64,000 bases of DNA from an uncultured delta proteobacterium. GTDB taxonomy: Bacteria; Desulfobacterota; RBG-13-43-22. The position numbers were made by a program, and so were the translations under genes. Below, piece after piece: positions 1 through 8,842 of this stretch. Under the pieces are notes generated by a model that had not been told where the DNA came from, ran no database searches, and saw nothing but the letters and a program-made list of their open reading frames with translations. The number at the start of each line of letters is the position of its first letter. Within the stretch, counting starts at the first letter, position 1. The stretch spans positions 1 through 64,000 of the forward strand of contig CAVQFQ010000022.1 of NCBI GenBank assembly GCA_963711835.1, read 5' to 3'.

Positions 1-662
1 CGGGTCACGTTGCCCCCGGCGGCGTCGGCATTCTGCCGGACGATCGCGTCGCGCACGTCGGTGACAGGGATCCCGAAGGCGGCCAGCCGGTCCGCCTCCA
101 CCCACACGTTGACCGCGCGCTCCAATCCTCCGACGATCTGCACCTCGCCCACGCCCGCCGACCGCTCGAGGCGAATCTTCACCACCTTGTCCGCCAGCTC
201 GGTCAGTTCGCGAAGGGGCCGGTCGCCGGCCAGGGCCACCGTCAGGACCGGCTGCTGGTCGTTGTCGAACTTCGAAACCAGCGGTGGCGTCGCGTCATTC
301 GGCAGGTCCTTGAGGATGGTGGCGACGCGATCCCGCACGTCCTGCGCCGCCGTGTCGATGTCCCGGTTGAGGTTGAAGGTGACGATCACGACGGAGGCGC
401 CCGGCCCCGAGATCGACCGCAGCTCGTCGATCCCCTCGACGGTGTTGACCACTTCCTCGATGCGTCTGGAGATCCCGGTTTCCACCTCTTCCGCGGAGGC
501 GCCGGGGAGCTGGGTGCGGATCGAGACGGTGGGCAGGTCCACCGAGGGGAACCGGTCGACGCCAAGACGGAGGTAGCTGGTAGCACCCACGACGACCAGC
601 GCCAGGATGAGCATCGCCGCGAAGACGGGGCGGCGGATGCAGATTTCGGCGAGCTTCTGCAA
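1..662 (-). CDS. RND efflux transporter permease (AcrB/CzcA family), 5' part, runs off window
   Basis: Not in the ORF track. Manual translation from TTG at 662 gives MQKLAEICIRRPVFAAMLILALVVVGATSYLRLGVDRFPSVDLPTVSIRTQLPGASAEEVE, the classic RND N-terminus; directly follows an adaptor gene. Confidence 0.92.
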   Translation of the reverse strand, partial: MQKLAEICIRRPVFAAMLILALVVVGATSYLRLGVDRFPSVDLPTVSIRTQLPGASAEEVETGISRRIEEVVNTVEGIDELRSISGPGASVVIVTFNLNRDIDTAAQDVRDRVATILKDLPNDATPPLVSKFDNDQQPVLTVALAGDRPLRELTELADKVVKIRLERSAGVGEVQIVGGLERAVNVWVEADRLAAFGIPVTDVRDAIVRQNADAAGGNVT

Positions 663-669
663 GAAGGTG

Positions 670-1899
670 CTACCGAGTCACAGTGACAGGCGTCCCGCCG
701 ACGAGGTTCCCCGGGGCGGCCACAACCCATTCGCCCGCGGCGACCCCTTCGAGAATCTCCACCCGATCGCCGGAACGGCGGCCGGTCCGGATCCGCTTTT
801 CCACGGCCTTCCCGTCCTTGACGCCGAACACCTTCTCGAGGCCGGCGAAGGTCACTACCGTCGAGGCCGGAACCATGACGGCGGTGCGGTCGGCCTCGAC
901 CACGATCTCGGCGCGCGCGAACGACCCGGGCCGCAGCCTGCGGTCCGGGTTCGCCACCTCGGCCTCGACGATCAAGGTGCGGTTCTGCTCCTGGATGGAC
1001 GGACTCAGGCGGGCCACGCGACCGGCGTGCACCGCGGGGTCCCCCTCGAGCAGGACCCGGACCGCCTGCCCGACCCGCACGGAGGAAGCGTCCCGTTCCG
1101 GCACCGCCACCCGAAGCCGGAGCGGGTGGTTCCGGACCAGGCCGAACACCGGTGCGCCGGCGGCCAGGTACTCGCCCACCGAAGCGCGGCGTTCCCGCAC
1201 GGCTCCGTCGATCGGCGCACTCAGCACCGCGTCGGCCAGCTGCTGCCGGGCCAGGGCGAGGCCCGAGCTCCGCTCGGCAAGCAACTCCTGACGGTTACGG
1301 ATCTCTTCCAGGGCGGCCTGGTAGCGGCTCTCGGCGACCAGCAGCCGGGACTGGGACGCGTCAACCTCGGACCGGGCGATGTAATTCTTTTCCCAGAGCG
1401 GCGCCATGCGATCCCAGTTCAGGCGCGCCTCCTCGAGCACCGCCCGGGCCTCGCGCACCAGCGCGGTCTTCTCGGGATCGACCCTTTCGCCCGAGCCGTC
1501 CCGGGGGAGCCCCAGTCCGGCGCGCACCTGGCGGAGGGCGGCTTCGGCCTGTTCGACGCGAAGTCGAAAATCCGTCGGGTCGAGGCGGGCGAGGACCTGT
1601 CCTTTCCGCACGGGGCTGCCCAGGTCGACGGCGATCTCGCTCACGCGGCCGGCGACCTTGAACCCCGCGACGACCTCTTCGTCGGCGGCGAGCGTCCCGG
1701 TGACGGTCACCGTCCGCGGAAGCGGCCCCACCGCCGCGGCGACGACGCGCACCAGGCGAGGCTCCTGGGCCTTGGCGCGCCCCGCCGCGCGCGCCGACGT
1801 CGTGTCCTTTCCGCAGGCGACGCCGGAAACGGCAAGCAGCGCGGCGCAGAGCAGCGCAAGCGCGGGAAATTTTCTCGAAGTACGACGGTGATCAGGCAT
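670..1899 (-). CDS. RND efflux periplasmic adaptor (membrane fusion protein), lipoprotein-type signal
   Basis: VAGRVSEIAVDLGSPVRKGQVLARLD and LSAPIDGAV lipoyl half-motifs flank a coiled coil; LRPGSFA; GVAC lipobox. Confidence 0.93.
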   Translation of the reverse strand: MPDHRRTSRKFPALALLCAALLAVSGVACGKDTTSARAAGRAKAQEPRLVRVVAAAVGPLPRTVTVTGTLAADEEVVAGFKVAGRVSEIAVDLGSPVRKGQVLARLDPTDFRLRVEQAEAALRQVRAGLGLPRDGSGERVDPEKTALVREARAVLEEARLNWDRMAPLWEKNYIARSEVDASQSRLLVAESRYQAALEEIRNRQELLAERSSGLALARQQLADAVLSAPIDGAVRERRASVGEYLAAGAPVFGLVRNHPLRLRVAVPERDASSVRVGQAVRVLLEGDPAVHAGRVARLSPSIQEQNRTLIVEAEVANPDRRLRPGSFARAEIVVEADRTAVMVPASTVVTFAGLEKVFGVKDGKAVEKRIRTGRRSGDRVEILEGVAAGEWVVAAPGNLVGGTPVTVTR

Positions 1900-2336
1900 C
1901 GTTACAGTTTTGGATAGGACATTGCTTTCAAGGGGTCAAAGTATAGGGGGGCTATTTGCTTGTCAAGGGATATTTTGCATCGAAAAGCAGGGGCTGGCGA
2001 TGCGGTTGGGAAAGGAAGGTGGAGCAGCGGCCGCTCCTTTGAGAGATCAGCTCACCTATTGGTCGAGTCACCCATCAAAGGGGCATTTTTGAGCACAATT
2101 CAGGCAGGTCTCTCCTGCACGCCTCTTTTTCACAATGCGTTATGTTTGGATGTATTCATCCCAGGAGTAATCGGGGTCCCGATAGAGGTGATCGTCATTG
2201 ATTTCGGATTCAAATCCTATATCTTCAGCAAGGCTGACTATTTGCTGATTATAGGAAGCAATTCAGCAGATGATTTCTCCCTTCCTGTTTTTATAACCTA
2301 ATTTCAATAGTTCCGAACATCATTAAAATATCTACT

Positions 2337-2903
2337 TCACCCAGCCACCTTTTTAAGCACCCAGGCCATTCTTTGTCCAAGCGTTTTTACCATCTGAATC
2401 CCTTCTTCATCTTTTTCGACTTCGCCGATATTCCTACCAATCCCGATACCTCGCCCGACAATTATCATCTGTCCAGCAAGAAAAAAGTGATTCATCGAAT
2501 CCAGCGTATGTATACCCCCGGTACGCCGTAAAGCTACCACCGAAGCCCCGACTTTATTTCGATAGATGCCGCCATTAGCTAAAGATACAAATCCAGCCCG
2601 GTCAATCAGGGCTTTCATCTCGGCTGTGACATCAGCAAAATAGACCGGCGACCCCAGGATAATCCCATCGGCATTAACCAGCTTTTCGATGCAGTCATTG
2701 GCAAAGTCGTCGTTGACGGAACATCGCTGATCCTTATTTTCAAAACACTTATAACAGGCGATGCAGCCATGAATTCGCTTGCCGGAGAACTGGACCAATT
2801 CGGTTTCCACCCCTTCTTTCTCAAGTTCACGGAAGACATAGTTAATGAGGATGGAAGTATTCCCATCTTTCCGCGGGCTGCCATTAAAGGCGACAACTTT
2901 CAT
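2337..2903 (-). CDS. Flavodoxin-family / iron-sulfur flavoprotein (Isf-like)
   Basis: NGSPRKDGNT FMN loop, CIACYKC-x6-C cluster motif, GSPVYF. Confidence 0.9.
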   Translation of the reverse strand: MKVVAFNGSPRKDGNTSILINYVFRELEKEGVETELVQFSGKRIHGCIACYKCFENKDQRCSVNDDFANDCIEKLVNADGIILGSPVYFADVTAEMKALIDRAGFVSLANGGIYRNKVGASVVALRRTGGIHTLDSMNHFFLAGQMIIVGRGIGIGRNIGEVEKDEEGIQMVKTLGQRMAWVLKKVAG

Positions 2904-3028
2904 GTTATTTCCTTCCTTTCGGATTTATTAATATTTCAATTGTGTTAGAAATTTATACCCAAGAGATAAGGGAGTCATTATCTTATCACGACTTCAACTA
3001 TTAAAAATAAATTTTTAATGACGCCGAG

Positions 3029-3395
3029 GTGAGTGGCGCAGGGGAGCTTCCCCCCTGCGCTCTCTCAGAACCGGACATGAACCTCTCGACTCATCCGGCT
3101 CCCATCATCCAGCCGTTGGTTTCACTCCCCATTGCCAGTGCGGAAACAGCTCGGATTGCCTATGGGCTATTCGCCCCAGCCAGTATGCCGCCTTGGTCAG
3201 ATGGCGTCTCTTTGTGTCTCATACGGCTTCGCCTTCGTCACAGGTTCCTCCCATTATCTGGTTGACCTCCGAGTCCGGCTGGATAATCCACCCCCTTCGC
3301 TCCAAGCCCATTACGGGCCCTTCATCGCTACTAGGGAGTGGTCCGCCCCTGTGTTCCGCCCGGTTTCTCTCATTCTTGTGGGTCCTCCACTTGAA
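3029..3395 (-). mobile_element. Group II intron remnant (domains V-VI intact, RT/maturase ORF almost wholly deleted)
   Basis: Minus strand reads GAGCCGGATGAGTCGAGAGGTTCATGTCCGGTTC (DV), then GAGAGAGCGCAGGGGGGAAGCTCCCCTGCGCCACTCAC (DVI, 3' end AC). Preceded by maturase tail RRHLTKAAYWLGRIAHRQSELFPHWQWGVKPTAG* and N-terminal stub MTKAKPYET. Confidence 0.88.
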
Positions 3396-3785
3396 TTTCA
3401 GATTTAATAATAAAAAGAATACCTCTCTTTTGGAAAAGGGGGTTAGCTATTTTTCCATTGGAACTCCCTTGGTAAAGAGTTGATTTCCGTTTGAAGTATT
3501 ATAATTTTTTAAAAATGGAAGTTTGAGGATTTCAGGAAGTACTTAGCAACGGCGGTAAAAGAAAAAAATCACCAGACCACCGGGCCGAACGTTGCACTAC
3601 GGGCCGCACAGGAAGCCGGGAACCGAATTAAAGGGGCTGGTTGGGGAACTGACCGGCCTTTTTATTTCCGGGGCCGGGGAAGTGGGGAGAGGCGGCTTAA
3701 TTAAAAAAATGGGGAGAGAATGGGGAGAGAATTTAATGGGCCGGACAAAAAAATGGAGGTCAAAGCCTTAACTATTTGATTTTAT

Positions 3786-3862
3786 TGGTGCCCCCGGCCC
3801 GACTTGAACGGGCGGCCTACAGATTAGGAATCTGCCGCTCTATCCTCCTGAGCTACGGGGGC
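3786..3862 (-). tRNA. tRNA-Arg(CCT)
   Basis: GCCCCCGTAGCTCAGGAGGATAGAGCGGCAGATT-CCT-AATCTGTAGGCCGCCCGTTCAAGTCGGGCCGGGGGCACCA folds as a cloverleaf with encoded CCA. Confidence 0.97.
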
Positions 3863-3945
3863 ATGAATAGTTAATGACTGGGTGTTTAAACTATAAATAA
3901 TTTCGGCTGGCAACGCAACCGGATTGTTTTAGGACACCCGATCGC

Positions 3946-4830
3946 TTAACGGCCGGCGCCCTGTTCCTTCAGATAGCCTATAAATCCCAAAATGCTATTG
4001 TCCATAAAGATCCTCTCCCGCCCTTGATCGGCCGGGCTGAATTCCTTAAAGGAAGCCAGGCGGACATCTTTCTCAAGAAGCAGGTTGGCGGCTACCGGCA
4101 GAGGATCGGCTGCCGGGGATCTCAGGGCCTCGGCCACCACCTCCTTCCAGAGCAGGAGTTGATCGCGGTAGAGGGCCAGCATCTCCCGGCTGTGGGGATG
4201 CCAATCCGAATGGGCATAATAAATCGGTTGGTCCGGCAGGCCCAGCATCTTTTTCACGCTGGCCAGGGCCATTTCCAGAAAAAAGCGGGGCGGGGTTGGA
4301 GGCCGCATATAAGCCGTGCTGTAAAAGGGCAGGTAAATCCCGCCGGCTTCACCGGCGAAAAGCCGGCCCTGATAGGCGAAGGCCAGGTGGTGGGGGGCAT
4401 GACCGGGGGTATCCAGTATTTCCAGGCCCTCCAGGACGAATGCCTCGTGGCCGATCAGGGATCCTTCGGGCACCGGTCCGATCGGGCCGTAGGCCCGGGC
4501 CACCTCCTTCAGGGTCTTGAGACTGCCTTCCCAAAGTTTCCCGGGGTCCACCAGGTGGCGGAGTCCCTGGGCATGGCTCACCACACCGGCCTGAGGGAAA
4601 TGGGTCAGGAGATCGGCTACTCCACCGGCGTGGTCGATATGAATATGGGTCAGCCAGATGTAATCAAGACGGCCGATCCCCAGGTCTTGAAGGCCTTTCA
4701 CCAAATAGGGGATGGAGGCCTTGGGCCCGGGGTCGATAACAATAGCCGGGGGTCCGGGTATGACCCAGGCTCCGAGAAAGCGGTCCAGGCCCGGCAGGGT
4801 TTGCGGCAGATCAAGACGAATGGGGTTCAT
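3946..4830 (-). CDS. MBL-fold metallo-hydrolase
   Basis: THIHIDHAGG, TPGHAPHH motifs; start placed at MNPIRL (ATG 4830), overlapping the upstream stop. Confidence 0.88.
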   Translation of the reverse strand: MNPIRLDLPQTLPGLDRFLGAWVIPGPPAIVIDPGPKASIPYLVKGLQDLGIGRLDYIWLTHIHIDHAGGVADLLTHFPQAGVVSHAQGLRHLVDPGKLWEGSLKTLKEVARAYGPIGPVPEGSLIGHEAFVLEGLEILDTPGHAPHHLAFAYQGRLFAGEAGGIYLPFYSTAYMRPPTPPRFFLEMALASVKKMLGLPDQPIYYAHSDWHPHSREMLALYRDQLLLWKEVVAEALRSPAADPLPVAANLLLEKDVRLASFKEFSPADQGRERIFMDNSILGFIGYLKEQGAGR

Positions 4831-5480
4831 GCGCTTTGTGCTCCTTGATCTGCTGTCAGCAGGCGCCGGCCGGCTAAATTGACCAGGGCCCAAAGGGCAT
4901 CCAGAGGAAGATGGTGCGAAACGGTGCGGTCAAAGGTAATGATGATCTGAGCGGCAAATTCTTCATCCGCGGTATACAGGATATATTCCACCGGGATGCG
5001 GGGAAGGGCCTGAAGTTCGAAGGAAGCCTCTCCCTGACCTGTTTCCCGTCCTCCGAGAGCCAGCCCGGCGCGAAGGAAGGCTTCGGGAGACCGGCCATAT
5101 TCTTTTTCAAGGGGCTCCCTAAACAAGGTATGGGGGCCCTGAAAAAAAAGAAAACCTCCCGGGATTTCCCTTTCCGTCACCTTATCTCCCAGGGTCGGGA
5201 TGGCTTGGGCTTTAAGCAGGTAAAAGAGAAGAACCAGGGTTTCCTGAAAACTGAGCGAGGCCGCCGGATCTTCTTCCCGATAAAGGCGGCTCAAAGCAGG
5301 CCGACAGAAATGGATCCGATTCAGGAAAGGAACCCGATAGCCCTTTTCCTCTGAGAAAGAGACTTGCGCCCGCCGGCAGACCTCCTGGGGGTCCTGCTGT
5401 TGGAGTTCCTCCCAGTATTCGGGGGGAATGGAGGCACCCTTGCGATAAAGGGGGATCTGGTTGGGGTCCAGGGGCGGCAT
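4827..5480 (-). CDS. DUF3786-like protein
   Basis: REIPGGFLFFQGPH and ALPRIPV..ADEEF....ITFDR..HLPLD pattern recalled for DUF3786. Confidence 0.75.
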   Translation of the reverse strand: MPPLDPNQIPLYRKGASIPPEYWEELQQQDPQEVCRRAQVSFSEEKGYRVPFLNRIHFCRPALSRLYREEDPAASLSFQETLVLLFYLLKAQAIPTLGDKVTEREIPGGFLFFQGPHTLFREPLEKEYGRSPEAFLRAGLALGGRETGQGEASFELQALPRIPVEYILYTADEEFAAQIIITFDRTVSHHLPLDALWALVNLAGRRLLTADQGAQSA

Positions 5481-7301
5481 TTAAACTTTTTTAAGGCGGT
5501 TCTTATGATAAAACTCGATATACTTGACGATCTCCCGCTTCATATCCCGTCGCTCGGTTATCTGGTGGATCCCCCGAATCGAAAAAAAATAATCCTGATG
5601 CTTGTAGATCAGGGCCGATAACTGCTGCAGGGAATCGGAGCGCACTAAGGACTCGTCCACCTCGAACCCCCTGGATTTCATGACCCTCGGACCGGTAAAG
5701 ATGACCAAGGCCTTGGGCTCGGCGATAATGACATCGCCCAGGGATGCATAACTGGCAATGGCCCCTCCGGTGCAAGGATCGCCCAGGATGGAGATAAAGG
5801 GCAGTCCCTGACGTTTTAGACGGTGGATGGAGGCAATGGTCTTGACCATTTGCATCAAGGCCAGGATGCCTTCATAGAGCCTGGCCCCGCCGGAACAGCA
5901 AAGGCTGATAAAAGGAAGGTTTTTCTCGATAGCCAGATCAACGGCCCGCCTGAATTTTTCTCCGAAAGCCACCCCCATGGAACCGCCGCTGAAATAGAAT
6001 TCGGAGATGGCCAGCACCACCGGATTCCCATAGATGGAGGCTTCTCCGGTAACCAAGGATTCCTGGAAGTGGGAACGATCCTCTTGTTTGGTTAAAAAGT
6101 CCCGGTAATAGGTGGTCATCACCTGGTCATCCAGGAGACTCTTGACGGTCAGATTCCGATTTAATTCAAAAAAGGTTTCCGGATCAGCCAGACACTGGAT
6201 CCAGCCGCCGGCATCCAGGATATTTCGTCCCCCGCAATGAGGGCAGACCTGAAAGTGCTGCAGGAATTCATCCAATTTGATCAATCGGCCGCAGCCTTCG
6301 GCGGCGGTTTGCCCCCGTTCCTGGCCGCAGCGGATATAATCCTGGTTTAGTTCCAAGGTTTGAGGAGCGGCATAATCATCGGGGACCTGGGTCAGGCTGG
6401 CAAAATTGACCACCTGGATATCCGGCGGAACTTTATAAAAAAACTTTTTAAAGGGCCTTTCGATCAGTTGCCTTAACTCGAACAACTTTCCGTGGTGGCT
6501 GGGCAGGCCATAGGCCAGGGCCCTTTTTTCTCGGCGCTCCAGTAATTTTTTGATCTTGACATGAGACAATTCCCGGATGGATTTTTGTAGATAGGCTTCG
6601 ATCGGCGCGGCGAAGCCTTTGAGATCGGAGATCATATCCGGGACAGGCAAAATCTGGTCGATAACGCCCAGCTTTTTTAGATCGCGCGCTGTGGGTTTGG
6701 AGATAGTCAAGGCTTCCTGAATCCGGGAAGCATCCCGAAAGATAATCGAGGCCATGGATTCCGGTGGCGCGGTGGCATACAGGGCGTCTTCCAGTTGGGC
6801 CCGTCGATCCGTGACCTGGAGGGCCAAGGCCCCGCCGCTTCCCCCTTCGCCGATGACCACCGAGACGGTCCGAATGGGAATGGTCAGGAATTCATGGATA
6901 AGGTGACTGATAAAATAAGCTTGAAAGCGGCGGGCCGAGGTCATGGAAATATCGGCCCCGTAGGTGTCGATCAGGCAGAGGATAAATAAATGCTCCGGAT
7001 CTATGGCCCGGGCCTGCTTCAGGATCCCCATGATCTGGGAGTGTTCATCGGCCGAAAGCATCCCAAGATTTAATTTTTTGGACTGTTCGGGATGGCGGAG
7101 TTTTTCAAGGTTGGGTTTTTCCTGACCGATAACCAGGATCCGTTTTTCGGCATATTTGGCTTCCCCGCAAATAAGGGACTCCCCGGCCGGGGCAAAGGAT
7201 TTAAAATGGGTAAAAACCGTTTTAATGATGTCTGAGGAACGGGGGCGTAAGGGATTTCGAGTCCGGCGCTTAAAAATGTCAACCAGGTCGCTTTTAATCA
7301 T
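5481..7301 (-). CDS. Fused acyl-CoA carboxylase carboxyltransferase (AccA-like N-half + AccD-like C-half)
   Basis: DTYGA and IGEGGSGGALAL (alpha); C-x11-C-x15-CPHC zinc ribbon, FSGGSMG, SGGARLYEGILALMQM, DPCTGG, FTGPRV (beta). Confidence 0.88.
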   Translation of the reverse strand: MIKSDLVDIFKRRTRNPLRPRSSDIIKTVFTHFKSFAPAGESLICGEAKYAEKRILVIGQEKPNLEKLRHPEQSKKLNLGMLSADEHSQIMGILKQARAIDPEHLFILCLIDTYGADISMTSARRFQAYFISHLIHEFLTIPIRTVSVVIGEGGSGGALALQVTDRRAQLEDALYATAPPESMASIIFRDASRIQEALTISKPTARDLKKLGVIDQILPVPDMISDLKGFAAPIEAYLQKSIRELSHVKIKKLLERREKRALAYGLPSHHGKLFELRQLIERPFKKFFYKVPPDIQVVNFASLTQVPDDYAAPQTLELNQDYIRCGQERGQTAAEGCGRLIKLDEFLQHFQVCPHCGGRNILDAGGWIQCLADPETFFELNRNLTVKSLLDDQVMTTYYRDFLTKQEDRSHFQESLVTGEASIYGNPVVLAISEFYFSGGSMGVAFGEKFRRAVDLAIEKNLPFISLCCSGGARLYEGILALMQMVKTIASIHRLKRQGLPFISILGDPCTGGAIASYASLGDVIIAEPKALVIFTGPRVMKSRGFEVDESLVRSDSLQQLSALIYKHQDYFFSIRGIHQITERRDMKREIVKYIEFYHKNRLKKV

Positions 7302-7442
7302 GGTCTTCCATCCATTTCAGGCTTACAAAAGGTCTTTCCGGCCGGGGGATCGGCACCCTCCGTTAAAGATGAGGAAAGGTAGCCTCAAATGAAAGGCAAG
7401 TCAAGAAGAAAGGCACTGCGCCTGAGGCCGTTCAAAATTTTC

Positions 7443-7470
7443 TTGCATGATTTTTTCAATGGAATATAAT
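7443..7470 (+). promoter_or_regulatory. sigma70 promoter of tRNA-His
   Basis: TTGCAT-N16-TATAAT ending 13 nt before the tRNA. Confidence 0.7.
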
Positions 7471-7483
7471 ATAAGGTTAAAAT

Positions 7484-7561
7484 GGTGAGTGTAGCTCAGG
7501 TGGATAGAGCACTGGGTTGTGGCCCCAGTGGTCGAGGGTTCGAGTCCCTTCACTCACCCCA
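7484..7561 (+). tRNA. tRNA-His(GTG)
   Basis: G(-1)GTGAGTG...CTGGGTT-GTG-GCCCCAG...GTTCGAGTC...CACTCAC-C-CCA; His identity elements G-1 and C73 present. Confidence 0.97.
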
Positions 7562-7600
7562 ATTAGTTTCGCATCCCGAGACCGGGATCCTATATTTTTC

Positions 7601-7720
7601 GGGATAGTCCCAAAGTTACGTGATTCTTAAACCGAAGGAGTAGCCTCTTAAAATATTAAATCACCCCGAAGCCCTCTATGAATGGAGTGCTTAAAAATCA
7701 CCTAACGTTGGGACAAACTC
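7601..7720. mobile_element. 120-bp MITE (IS1182/IS5-like ends) with 8-bp target duplication
   Basis: TIRs GGGATAGTCCCAAAGTTACGTGATTCTTAA / TTAAAAATCACCTAACGTTGGGACAAACTC, flanked both sides by TATTTTTC; same ends as 34810-35194. Confidence 0.85.
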
Positions 7721-7744
7721 TATTTTTCGGGGAGGAAAAAACCG

Positions 7745-8395
7745 GTGCTGATCCTGTTCAGGCTTTTTGGTCTCTTGATCCTCTTTGGTCTCGCCGCCTG
7801 TTCCGGAGGGGATACCGATTCCGGAGGCGGCTATTCCGGCGCCGATTACCGTTTCCTATACGAACATAACGCCCAATATCTGGATGGGCATACGATCCGC
7901 TGGGAATCCAATACCATCACGGTCTATACCCGCGGCCTACCCGGGGCGGAAGCGGCCGTCAATCGATGGGCCGGTCCGGTCGGATTTGTTTTTATCAACA
8001 CCCCGCCGGCGGTCGGGATTTCATTTGACTGGACGACCTCAAACAGTTATTGCGGGCTCAGCTACACCGATTATTATACCTCCGGTCGGATCGTCAAGGC
8101 GACTATTTATATCAATGAAAATCAGATCAACTGCCGCGGCGGTCTGGATAATACCCTGGCCCATGAGACCGCGCACGCTCTGGGCTTTTTTAATCCCCAT
8201 ACCTCCGACGGCGGGCTTTTGGATCCCGATGGAGGGAATGGAACGATTACGCCGGCGGTTCGGAATTTTTTCAGCCTCCTTTATTCCCATCCTTATGGCT
8301 GGAATATTAACCCTTACCTTTCGCTTAAAACCAGGATCCTCAGCCCGAAGTACCGTTCGGACGGCGCGGAAAGGATAACCCGGGTCGATTATTGA
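7745..8395 (+). CDS. Lipoprotein, zinc metallopeptidase (metzincin/matrixin-like)
   Basis: LAAC lipobox; HETAHALG zinc motif. Confidence 0.75.
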   Translation: MLILFRLFGLLILFGLAACSGGDTDSGGGYSGADYRFLYEHNAQYLDGHTIRWESNTITVYTRGLPGAEAAVNRWAGPVGFVFINTPPAVGISFDWTTSNSYCGLSYTDYYTSGRIVKATIYINENQINCRGGLDNTLAHETAHALGFFNPHTSDGGLLDPDGGNGTITPAVRNFFSLLYSHPYGWNINPYLSLKTRILSPKYRSDGAERITRVDY

Positions 8396-8820
8396 TGAGA
8401 GCTGTCGTTCTCTTCACCCTTTTGATCCTTTTATCGGGGATGGGTTTTTCCTGTAAAGAAATTCCCAAGAGCTCTCCGGGTATGGTCCGGATGGTGCATG
8501 ATATGCCCTGTCAGGAGTTGGTTCCGAAACTGCTTCAGGTCTTAAAGAAGGAAAACATACCCTGGGAAACGGTTGATCAAAAGGCAGGCCTGATGCATGC
8601 CGGACCTTTCTTAAGCGATCCCCTGGTCGGCGACCCCTATCTGAAGATGGAGGAAAGGGTCCAAGTCGAGGTTAAATGCCTGGATGCCCTGAGTGCCCGG
8701 ATTTCCATCCACTTGCAATTGCGGGGTTTGACCAAATCCAATCAATGGGTCGAGATAAACGACCTCTCCAAAATTGAGGCCTACCAGCAGCGATTCCTGA
8801 ATACTCTGACGGTTCGTTGA
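8392..8820 (+). CDS. Hypothetical lipoprotein
   Basis: Hydrophobic leader ending GFSC; overlaps upstream stop. Confidence 0.65.
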   Translation: MMRAVVLFTLLILLSGMGFSCKEIPKSSPGMVRMVHDMPCQELVPKLLQVLKKENIPWETVDQKAGLMHAGPFLSDPLVGDPYLKMEERVQVEVKCLDALSARISIHLQLRGLTKSNQWVEINDLSKIEAYQQRFLNTLTVR

Positions 8821-8842
8821 ACCCGTTTGCCTTACCCAGGTT

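Noticed and set aside
10-1917. Long plus-strand ORFs (188, 436, 202 aa)
   Set aside because: Antisense shadows of the GC-rich RND genes with no recognisable motifs
3595-3612. GTGCG as the 5' end of the group II intron
   Set aside because: Only ~210 nt of AT-rich, unstructured sequence separates it from the remnant, too little for domain I
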